From: Trichodesmium erythraeum IMS101
GTDB taxonomy: Bacteria; Cyanobacteriota; Cyanobacteriia; Cyanobacteriales; Microcoleaceae
Length of the DNA: 32,000 nt
Assembly: GCF_000014265.1 (NCBI RefSeq)
Contig: NC_008312.1
Span: 2,850,001 to 2,882,000, forward strand
Direction of reading: 5' to 3'
A program made the position numbers and the translations under genes. The stretch's first letter is position 1. Each line of letters opens with the position of its first letter. Below the pieces are notes generated by a model. It did not search any database and was not told the DNA's origin. It was given only the letters and a program-made list of their open reading frames with translations. Of the stretch, positions 7,816 to 16,631 are shown piece by piece.

Positions 7816-9438
7816 TTACCAAGTTACCCGATCGCTTAATTTATCTAATATTTTAGGTCCAATACCAGATATCTGATCTAGATCTGCTAAAGATGTAAAA
7901 GGTTTATTTTTCCTAGCTTGAATAATGCGTTCTGCTAATTTTGGTCCGACTCCAGGAAGTGTTTCTAATTCTTCAGCAGTAGCAGTATTGAGATTAATTT
8001 TATTATTAGTATTTGTTAGGAAAATTTCAGTTTTTGTTAATCTATCACCACATTCTTGTTGTTGTTTTTCAACTTTTTTTATCAACCATGATGGTATACC
8101 CATAGTTGCTGTTTGATAAAGTCTTTGAAACTCACGTTCAAAATGAGCTGCTACTGTGGAACTTTCTATTACTAATAAAGTTTCATCATTGTTTTTATTA
8201 GCTGCTTCAGTCCAGTTGTGAGAACCAGTAATTACAATTGAATTATCAATAATTCCAAATTTGTGATGGAGGCGATCGCCAGGGGGTAAGTTAGGTACAC
8301 CTACTGTATATATAGGTTTTTTCCAAGTCTGATTATTAGTTTCATATTTACATTTATTTGGCAGAGCAATTCCCATTATATCTAACCCTTCACTATAGTA
8401 ACGATAGGCAAAACTACGGTCAATTAAACCTTGAATTAATACTCCTTGTAGAGATTTTTTTTCTAGGGTATTAACTAATAGTTGTGCTGAAAATATAAAT
8501 AGGGATAAATTAATAGATTTTTGTGCTTTTTCTAATGTTTGATTAATTAGACCATTTACACTTTTTTGCCAAGATAGACTCTTAGAAGTAGGAGAAAATT
8601 GTACTGCAACTTTTGTATCACCAACCAATACTTCTCTTGTCTGTCTAAATGGTTTTTTGATGCCAAATTTACTATCTAGTTTACCTCCAGGTCCGTCTCC
8701 CCATAAGAGATTAAATTCTTCTGTGAATAGTTCAGCTAATTCAACACTTTCTATTTTTAAGAGATTATTAGTATTTCCTTGACTCAGAGACTCCGAAAAA
8801 TCCCCATGAATACCACTGGTAGTAAAATTAGCCGAGGTGACAATGGTGGTTTTACCATCCACAACTAAAAATTTATGGTGCATCAAACCACTACCCTTAG
8901 AGCCATCAGCAGTATCATCGATCAAGGGAACTCCTGCATTGCTTAAAATTATTAGAGCATCCCTATGATTCACTTTATATTGACTAATGTCACCATCTAT
9001 GTTATTGCTAGAGATACTAATAAATTCATTGTAGCGATCGCGCTCCCGTTCAGGCAGTTGAGAGACTTCAGATGGACTTAAACTTTCCCAGGGAAGATTA
9101 TAGGTATTTTCAATAATAACTCGTACTTTGACCCCAGCTCGATACCTTTCGGCCAAAGCCTGAGTGATACTTGGTAAACTTAACTCTTGAACCGCCACAT
9201 ACACAGTAGAATTAGCATCAGCAATAGTATTAACAATTATTTCTTCAAGATTATCTCCTAGTCGGGTTTGCTGGCGTAGGACTTCAGTATAGCTTGAAGC
9301 TTGAGATTGATTAAAGTAACATTTAATTAGAGGTTCTTGTGGCAATGGGGATAGAGGAGGAACTAACTCTTGAGGTTTATTCAGACAAGCAGTTAGGTTC
9401 AAAGTTAATAGTAAAACATAGCTAAATCGCAGTTTCAA
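7816..9438 (-). CDS. Phospholipase-D-superfamily (HKD) nuclease-like lipoprotein with a C-terminal ComEA-type helix-hairpin-helix DNA-binding domain
   Basis: Two HKD motifs are present: HHKFLVVDGKTTIVTSANFT and HHKFGIIDNSIVITGSHNWT. The C-terminus, NLNTATAEELETLPGVGPKLAERII...LDQISGIGPKILDKL, is a tandem ComEA-like HhH. The ORF track extends to 9507. An internal TTG at 9438 gives MKLRFSYVLLLTLNLTAC, a textbook lipoprotein signal peptide with a lipobox (LTAC). Confidence 0.8.
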   Translation of the reverse strand: MKLRFSYVLLLTLNLTACLNKPQELVPPLSPLPQEPLIKCYFNQSQASSYTEVLRQQTRLGDNLEEIIVNTIADANSTVYVAVQELSLPSITQALAERYRAGVKVRVIIENTYNLPWESLSPSEVSQLPERERDRYNEFISISSNNIDGDISQYKVNHRDALIILSNAGVPLIDDTADGSKGSGLMHHKFLVVDGKTTIVTSANFTTSGIHGDFSESLSQGNTNNLLKIESVELAELFTEEFNLLWGDGPGGKLDSKFGIKKPFRQTREVLVGDTKVAVQFSPTSKSLSWQKSVNGLINQTLEKAQKSINLSLFIFSAQLLVNTLEKKSLQGVLIQGLIDRSFAYRYYSEGLDIMGIALPNKCKYETNNQTWKKPIYTVGVPNLPPGDRLHHKFGIIDNSIVITGSHNWTEAANKNNDETLLVIESSTVAAHFEREFQRLYQTATMGIPSWLIKKVEKQQQECGDRLTKTEIFLTNTNNKINLNTATAEELETLPGVGPKLAERIIQARKNKPFTSLADLDQISGIGPKILDKLSDRVTW

Positions 9439-10464
9439 AGAATAAAGTAGCACTAATATTAGGAAATCAAGTATTTTATTAAACAAAAATTGATGGTAAT
9501 TAAACAAGAAGTGATCATTAATAATTGCTTCTTGAAAAAGTTAGATGTATTGTAAAGTTATGGTTAGGGTTATAGCTAAAATATTTATTAATATTAATTT
9601 GACTAAAAGAGGGAGCCATAAAAAAATTAGTCTTGTGGCATAATAGCCAATAATTTGAAGTTATTATTATTAACTGCTTCTTTGGCTCTAAAGCATTATT
9701 GAATAGCTGAGGGCGATAGATTAAAATTATTGCCCAAATTAAGTTTTGTACTTTGGTTTACCAAAGCAAATCTTGTTTGTTTGAAAGATGAGTAAATGTT
9801 TAATTGCAACCCCTGATATTCTTCTTCGTTTACCACTCAAAATTATTGTGAACAGGTCGTCGTTCCAATAAACTTTCCCAAATTTACATAAGGATTATTA
9901 AATAAGCTTTGGAGCTAGCTTTGGTGTTTCACTCTGATGCTACTGAAAGTAGTCTATAACTTAATCTATGACTTAGGAACAAAATACTAAAGAAGCTCCA
10001 AATTATTCATATAGTTTTCCCTCATTATTCATACTGCTACAATATTTCTCAACTATGTATGTGTAAATTTAGATAACTATAGTGAATTTTTATTTAACTG
10101 TCAAGTTCCTTTCAAAACTTTTACTTGACTCTTTTTTTACATTTAATGACCAAGCATAGGCTGGTTCCCATGATGCTAGGTGTTTTTTCAAGGGTTCAAG
10201 TACCAATACATAATTGCTGGGACTGGACATTTTGTGACCTGCCTAATGTAGTGTACAGTTGGCCTCGTCAGTTGATTTAAACTTTTTACCCTGGGCACAC
10301 TAGCTTTTTAAATACAAGTAAGGGTTTTGATTAGATTTTTTGTTAATTTTTTGTAGAGATGTTTTTTGTATTGTTCATTCCATAATCTCTTAGTAAATAA
10401 TACCATTTATCAAAAACTTTTCGACATTTTCTTGTAGGAAAGTAAGAGAGTAGGGCAGTGGAAT

Positions 10465-10491
10465 TAGGGACATTGCATAAAAACATCCATA
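10465..10491. repeat. Imperfect member of the TAGGGA hairpin-repeat family
   Basis: TAGGGACATTGCATAAAAACATCCATA, to be compared with 11-36. Confidence 0.45.
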
Positions 10492-10912
10492 CAATATAAT
10501 AATAATTAACATTAACATTAACTTATCTTAAATTAATAAAAAAGTTATTCTCTATATTATATATTAATTATTTAACAACTGAAGTTTTACTTAACTAAAG
10601 TATTAATGCATGGTAATTGGTATCAGAATGAAGTGAAAAACTCAGAGCAACTTTGTAAGTAGTCTTTGATATTCACCTACGCCAAGCGCTTAATAGCTAG
10701 GGACAATGTCAATATATTTTGTTTTCATCTATGTTATGATGTTAAAGATTGTAAATAGCTATCAGCTTTTAGTACTTAACTATCAGCTTTTTTTTAAGCT
10801 TGGATTCAAATATAATATTCCTATAAATATGATGGTTGAGAAAGGGTTGAAAGACCCTTGGCTCACGTGAAAAATTATTCTTGAGGACTCAGAGAATTTG
10901 TAAACTCAGATT

Positions 10913-12524
10913 ATGAAAGCTAGATTTAAGTACTGTATATATCCAAATGGGGACAAAAATACCCAGGGGGCAAAGCTATTTGTTTTTGTCCATTTTGTCT
11001 TAAATGAGAGTCTAGATGGCTATCAACAAAAGTATAAATTAGGCTTAAAGAAACTATTATTATCTAAGTTACAAAAACTCTTTATGACTCAAGCTAAAAA
11101 AATTGAATATCAGGAGTGACTCTCATAAATTTCTAATATTCCTTTGCCAAAATATTTGAATTATTTGAGGTAGCCTTTATGAAATTCGGCATTATTCATA
11201 GGTAAATATGGTTTTTCTGATTTGCCGATAACCTAACTATTAACTGAAAAATATTTTAGATTTAGTAAAATAATGTTTTCATAGCAATATTTCATCAATG
11301 CCCAATTTTTTTATCTTACTTTTAGGTTGATAAAAAAATGCCTGTCTGTTCAGGCTTATAAATTTAAAAGCCAGAAATCACTAGGGGAACTGCAAGGTTA
11401 AGAAAAGGTGGGTTGAAATTTTGTTAACATCAACTTTCTAGCAAAATTAAAGTTATAAAAATCAAAATTATTTGTTGAGATAACTACCTAGTCTGCCTCG
11501 CTCTGTCAACTACATTAATTTTAATCTAAGAGATATTTTATTGGTTTTGTCGTAAAAATTAATCCATAATCTTTATTTAAAATCGATAATTATGTAGGTA
11601 TATATTTGGGCATAAAAACTTTTGCAATGTTGAAATGATGAGCAAAAATTAATTCGCTAAAACTATTGAAAAAAAGTAATTAATAACTAGCATATTTTTG
11701 AGGAAAAACATTTTCTGAAAATAACAACTTAGTCAGTAGTTGTCTAAAAATTAGTTAAGTTATCAATGGAAAATTACTAATTTTCAAGGTTAACTTAAAG
11801 ATACAACATATAGCTTTCTACAAAAATTATTAACTAGTATTATTTTGCACAAAAGTTAAGTGATTGTACTCTAAAAGTAAAGTATTATAATTAAACATAA
11901 TGAAAATATTTTTCTGGAATTTATTGCTGCCAATTCCCAATCCCCAATTCCCAATTGTCTGAAATTTTCCCATGATTTGGGTATTCACAAACAGAGACAT
12001 GATCTGAAATTTGAATGCTTCTAGAATGATGAAAAATTTTTACTTAGGGAAAAGTATGGTCGCAAGGGAAATCCCGACAAAACAGTAGATGATCCATGGT
12101 AGTTAAGTGAGATAGGTAGGCTACAATTAGGAACACTTCTAGAAGGTAAAATAGAAAAATATAATTGTGACTTTAGAATCATTGTATAGATGGTAAATAA
12201 CATCTCTTACTTTACTATTGTTGTGAAACTTAATGGTGGAAAGTTAGATCTTTCAAGTAAGAATGGTTTTGTCTTAACACTTGATGATGAATACGACTGC
12301 GATGAAAATATAGGGATAAATAAGCGATAAGTATATTGCTGACTCTTTCGGTATTTGGAGAAAAAAACGACGTGGAGATAAATGTAACCTACAACGTACC
12401 TATTCACCCATCTCTTGGGGGTGGGTCAGGTTCGGTGCAATATTCTATTAGACGTCAACTCCCGGAGGAGCTTGGGCTCGGTAGAATTCCTGTGCCTGTA
12501 GGCCAGGGAAGATGTCAAAACTAA
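10913..12524 (+). pseudogene. tnpB: Heavily decayed IS200/IS605-family TnpB (OrfB, RNA-guided nuclease) gene
   Basis: The N-terminus MKARFKYCIYPNGDKNTQGAKLFVFVHFVLNESL...QKLFMTQAKK matches the canonical TnpB start (M-K-A-F/Y-K-Y-R-I-YP...FG..R.V.N). It continues in frame through stops as E*LS*ISNIPLPKYL (cf. EWLSEVSSVPLQQSL). A RuvC-I motif remnant, VGIYLGIKTFA (11594-11626, D to Y), is in the same frame as the start. A RuvC-III-like remnant DCDENIGIN (12295-12321, cf. DRDxNAAxNI) lies in another frame. The final 62-codon tail ORF is 12336-12524. Confidence 0.75.
11930..11956. repeat. Short tandem heptamer repeat (STRR-like), CCAATTC/CCAATCC, about 3.5 copies
   Basis: The sequence reads ccaattcccaatccccaattcccaatt. 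Heptameric STRR repeats are a known feature of filamentous cyanobacteria. Confidence 0.6.
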
Positions 12525-12530
12525 CTTTGC
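12395..12530 (+). other. GC-rich (about 50% by hand count) structured 3' end of the TnpB remnant; candidate omega-RNA (reRNA) scaffold / IS right end
   Basis: Local hairpins include GAGC-ttgg-GCTC and CCTGtGCCtgtaGGCCAGG. This segment is far less AT-decayed than the rest of the pseudogene. In IS605-family elements the guide-RNA scaffold overlaps the tnpB 3' end and right end. The exact boundary is not determinable here. Confidence 0.4.
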
Positions 12531-12536
12531 TGTTTT

Positions 12537-12935
12537 ATGCCGAAAAGAAAAAGGACTTTTCCGTGTGGTCATAAAGGATATGGGAGAAAATGTCATCGCT
12601 GTGAACAAGAGAAAATGGTACAGCAAAGAGCTGAGGAAGAAATAGCGGAAAAGCGAGAAAAAAGGTTAGAGTGGGAAGCTTCCTTCGATTGTGATTTGAT
12701 AGATTTGAAGGGTCTACCAGACTATGTAGTGGTTAAAGCTAGAGCAATTATTTCTGGGTTAAACAATAATCAAAGCTATCGAGAATTTGGAGGTAAACGG
12801 CTGCGCCACAATCGTTTTATTGTGAGTATACCTGTTACTCGTAATTATAGAATGATTTGTCAAGATTATGGGAATTTTGTTGTGCCACAGAAGGTGATGT
12901 CCCATGAGGATTATAATATTTGTAAACCCAAGTAG
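12537..12935 (+). CDS. ParE/RelE-like toxin-fold protein with an N-terminal basic CxH...CxxC zinc-ribbon-like segment
   Basis: The N-terminus is MPKRKRTFPCGHKGYGRKCHRCEQ. The C-terminal part, GGKRLRHNRFIVSIPVTRNYRMICQDYGNFVVPQKVMSHEDYN, follows the RelE/ParE pattern (G..L....S.R....YR.I........V..V..H..Y). From memory, cyanobacterial homologues are annotated as ParE family toxin-like. No adjacent antitoxin-sized ORF is visible. Confidence 0.55.
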   Translation: MPKRKRTFPCGHKGYGRKCHRCEQEKMVQQRAEEEIAEKREKRLEWEASFDCDLIDLKGLPDYVVVKARAIISGLNNNQSYREFGGKRLRHNRFIVSIPVTRNYRMICQDYGNFVVPQKVMSHEDYNICKPK

Positions 12936-13752
12936 TTAGGGGGCAGGAAGTAGAGATAGTGAAACAAATAGTTCTAGTTCAAAAATTGGATAATTTATTT
13001 TTTGCTCCTTGCTGGCTTTTAGTCCCTCTACAAGGAAATCAAAAGATAAAAACTCAAGGTATTATTGCTAATGCTTTGAGTAAGAAGTTTACCTAGCTAA
13101 ACTAGATAGAGAGCATTACTTTAGATTTTGAATTTTGTATTTTGCGGATACTTTGGTTTTCAATTTTCTTATACAAAACTTCTGTTTTCTCCCTTTTACC
13201 TTCTTCTTTTAAGTCAAAATTTCTATATTCTTGAATAATTAAGATTCCTGTAATAAGGTGAGCACTTCAAAAAGTCAATTAGACTATAATATGCTAAATA
13301 CATTTTTGAGCAATTGAATCCTCAGAGATTAAAGGCAATACAACAAGATTAGAAGGTAATTAAAGAGTTTTTCAGATTTCTTTTTATTGAGACTAAATCC
13401 TTAAAGGTTTGAGTTGGATATACTTAGAGCTTATTCGTTAGTTGATGAATTACAGTAGTATTAGACTTTTAAATAGTTTTTAAAGAAAGTCTGGAATCAA
13501 GTTGTAATTCTTACTTTTGCTAATTTACTATAGTCACTATACCATGCTTTACTAGGAATAGGTTGACTACAAAAATAAAAAATTATAAGTATGCGTTGGA
13601 TGTTTTAAGTATGTTCAAATATTTAACTTATTTTATAAGTGATGAGATATTCTTTTTATTTAGGTACAGTTGTTTTTATTCTTTTCTATGCCTACAGAAC
13701 TAGATTGATTATACCATTGATCAAGGACTTTTCAACTAGGCTATCGAGAAGG

Positions 13753-13778
13753 TAGGGATTTTCCATACAACGTCCCTA
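13753..13778. repeat. Member of the TAGGGA...TCCCTA hairpin-repeat family
   Basis: TAGGGATTTTCCATACAACGTCCCTA, with the same 26-nt length and termini as 11-36. Confidence 0.5.
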
Positions 13779-14017
13779 AAATATAAAAATAATTAGTATT
13801 AGACCTATGGAAAAATAAAAATTTGAGAAGGATAGTAAAGGGTTTAAAAACTATTTGCGGGAGAGGTCTATTAATGAGAGCAAGTGGAGAGATTGAAGGT
13901 TATTCCCTTTGTGTTTATTACTAAGGGTTTCATAAATTGTACAGAAAGCTAGCATTAATGCATGCTACTCCCTAAAACCTAAGTCACTAAAACTTAAAAG
14001 AAAACAAAAGGAGAAAG

Positions 14018-15220
14018 ATGATGCAAATTTATCTGGACTATAGTGCGACAACACCAACAAGACCAGAGGCAATCACTACTATGCAGCAAGTTTTGACTCA
14101 ACAATGGGGTAATCCATCTAGCCTACATATGTGGGGCCAAAGATCGGCAACATTAGTGGAAAAGGCCAGAATTCAAGTAGCAGATCTTATTAATACAGTG
14201 CCAGAATCAATTATTTTTACTTCTGGGGGAACTGAAGCTGATAATATGGCGATAATGGGAGTAGCACTTTGCTATGGAAAACCTCAACATATAATTATTT
14301 CTAGTGTGGAACATTTTGCTATTTCAGAACCAGCAAGGGTATTAGAAAACTGGGGTTGGCAAGTGACCAGATTACCTGTGGATAGACAAGGAAGGTTAGA
14401 TCCTCAAGAACTACAAGCTGCATTACAACCAAATACAGTTTTAGTTTCAATAATTTATGGCCAAAGTGAAGTTGGGACTCTCCAACCTATTGCAGAATTG
14501 GGCAATATTTGTCGTGATCGTGGGGTTTTGTTTCATACTGATGCAGTTCAGGTGGTGGGACGTTTACCAATAGATTTACAAAAACTGCCAGTAGATTTGT
14601 TGTCTTTGTCTAGCCATAAAATTTATGGCCCTCAAGGTGTAGGGGCGCTTTATGTACGACAGGGTGTAAAGTTAGTCCCTTTATTGAGTGGTGGAGGTCA
14701 AGAGATGAAGTTACGTTCTGGTACTCAGGCAGTAGCAGCGATCGCTGGTTTTGGTGTGGCAGCAGAATTAGCTAATGAAGAGATAGCTACAGAAACGTCA
14801 AGGTTGAGTAGGTTACGCGATCGCTTCTTTGCGCATATGGTAGATAATCCTTATGTAATTTTTACTGGTGATCGATTGTACAGGTTACCTCATCATGTTA
14901 GTTTTTGTATAGTCCCTCCTGAGGTTGAAATGCCTAAGGGGAATAATCAGGTTACTGGTAAAACTCTCGTACGACAATTGAACTTAGCTGGAATTGGTAT
15001 TAGTACGGGTTCAGCTTGTCATAGTGGAAAAATAGCTCCGAGTCCGATATTACTAGCAATGGGGTATACAAAAGAGCATGCTATTAGGGGTGTCCGTTTC
15101 ACATTAGGAAGAGAAACAACGGAAGCTGATATTGATTGGACGGCTATAGTACTCAAGCAAATCTTGACAAGATTGATGCCTAATGTTAATTCTCAAAAAT
15201 TTTATTGTATATCTTTGTGA
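14018..15220 (+). CDS. Cysteine desulfurase (class V aminotransferase, NifS/IscS family)
   Basis: The motifs present are IYLDYSATTP, GGTEADN, the PLP-lysine motif SSHKIYGPQG and the active-site cysteine loop STGSACHSG. The ATG is preceded by AGGAGAAAG. Confidence 0.9.
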   Translation: MMQIYLDYSATTPTRPEAITTMQQVLTQQWGNPSSLHMWGQRSATLVEKARIQVADLINTVPESIIFTSGGTEADNMAIMGVALCYGKPQHIIISSVEHFAISEPARVLENWGWQVTRLPVDRQGRLDPQELQAALQPNTVLVSIIYGQSEVGTLQPIAELGNICRDRGVLFHTDAVQVVGRLPIDLQKLPVDLLSLSSHKIYGPQGVGALYVRQGVKLVPLLSGGGQEMKLRSGTQAVAAIAGFGVAAELANEEIATETSRLSRLRDRFFAHMVDNPYVIFTGDRLYRLPHHVSFCIVPPEVEMPKGNNQVTGKTLVRQLNLAGIGISTGSACHSGKIAPSPILLAMGYTKEHAIRGVRFTLGRETTEADIDWTAIVLKQILTRLMPNVNSQKFYCISL

Positions 15221-15758
15221 TAAGGGACATTAAATACTTTTTGATAATTGCTAAATCTTGATGAACTTTAATTTTCTGTACTTAAAGAGAATGTAAAAAA
15301 TTGGATATCATAAGGTCAGATCAAGTGTTTTGGTCTTAGCATTTAGCGCTTCAGCAATTAATAATCAATAACTGATACCAATTTTATTAACTTAGTTGAT
15401 ACTACTTGAATATAGGTGATTAAATATAGCTAAAATATGAAATAACTTCTTGATATTACTGAACTTGTCAAAGTTTTGATTCCTTTAAATATTAATCTAT
15501 GAAATCATGATTTTTAACTTCTGTGAAAAAGTATAATTCGGTAGGCATAAATAAACGTTTTACCAAAAAAATAAAAAACTATAAATAAATCATCAACTAG
15601 TTATCAAAGTTTTAAATCTCGATTCTTATTGTACTGATAATTAAATACACTTGCTTATTGCTAGATTTTAGGAATAGTAAGAAATTATAAAAATATTATA
15701 TAATTTTAGTGGTAATTCTAAACTAGAACTAAGATTAACACAGAAAATTAACTAATGA

Positions 15759-16631
15759 GTGGTAGTCTCAAATTTCGGAGTAGATAAATTGAAAAGTCAA
15801 CAACAAAGTTTACAAACATTAATATTAGCAATTGTGTTATCTTTAATATTGCTAATTGGCTTCAATTCTTTTGTAATTATTAACCCTGGTCAAGCTGGTG
15901 TTCTGAGTGTTTTAGGTAAAGCTAAAGATGGAGCTTTACTAGAAGGAATTCACTTTAAACCTCCCCTGATTTCTGAAGTTGATGTATATGATGTAACGGT
16001 GCAAAAGTTTGAAGTTCCTGGGCAAAGTTCGACAAAAGATTTACAACAATTATCCGCTAGTTTTGCCATTAACTTTCGCTTAGATCCACTGCTGGTAGTA
16101 AAAATTAGAAGAGAACAAGGTACTCTACAAAATTTGGTTGCTAAAGTAATTGCACCACAAACTCAAGAATCTTTTAAAATTGCTGCAGCTAGAAGAACTG
16201 TTGAAGAAGCTATTACAAAAAGGGAAGAATTAAAATCAGATTTTGATAATGCTTTAGGTTCTCGTTTGGATAAATATGGAATTATTGTGTTAGATACTAG
16301 CGTGATTGATTTAACTTTTTCTCCTGAATTTGCTAGGGCGGTTGAAGATAAGCAAATTGCTGAACAAAGAGCTCAAAGGGCAGTGTATATTGCGGAGGAA
16401 GCGGAACAAGAAGCTGAAGCGGAAATTAACCGCGCTAAGGGTAAGGCAGAAGCTCAAAAATTATTGGCCGAAACACTAAAAGCACAGGGTGGTCAGCTGG
16501 TTTTACAGAAAGAGGCTATAGAAGCTTGGAAAAAAGGTGGTTCTCAGATGCCTAAAGTTTTAGTTATGGGTAGTGAAAAATCCCAAGGAGTTCCTTTTAT
16601 TTTCAATCTTAGTCAAATGGATGAAAATTAA
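15759..16631 (+). CDS. SPFH/Band-7 prohibitin-family membrane protein
   Basis: An N-terminal TM is followed by an SPFH domain (INPGQAGVLSVLGK...IVLDTSVIDLTFSPEFARAVEDKQIAEQRAQRA) and an alanine/glutamate-rich coiled coil. The start is uncertain: GTG 15759, or TTG 15789, which has a GGAG 8 nt upstream. Confidence 0.85.
   Translation: MVVSNFGVDKLKSQQQSLQTLILAIVLSLILLIGFNSFVIINPGQAGVLSVLGKAKDGALLEGIHFKPPLISEVDVYDVTVQKFEVPGQSSTKDLQQLSASFAINFRLDPLLVVKIRREQGTLQNLVAKVIAPQTQESFKIAAARRTVEEAITKREELKSDFDNALGSRLDKYGIIVLDTSVIDLTFSPEFARAVEDKQIAEQRAQRAVYIAEEAEQEAEAEINRAKGKAEAQKLLAETLKAQGGQLVLQKEAIEAWKKGGSQMPKVLVMGSEKSQGVPFIFNLSQMDEN

Noticed and set aside
7925-8116. 63-aa plus-strand ORF inside the PLD/HhH gene.
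   Set aside because: It is antisense to a gene with strong domain evidence and has no independent support.
12021-12626. Three minus-strand ORFs (12021-12203, 12207-12407, 12426-12626) and the plus-strand ORF 12336-12524.
   Set aside because: The minus-strand ORFs are antisense to the TnpB remnant or the toxin-like gene start and have no motifs. The plus-strand ORF is the residual C-terminal tail of the TnpB pseudogene, not an independent gene.
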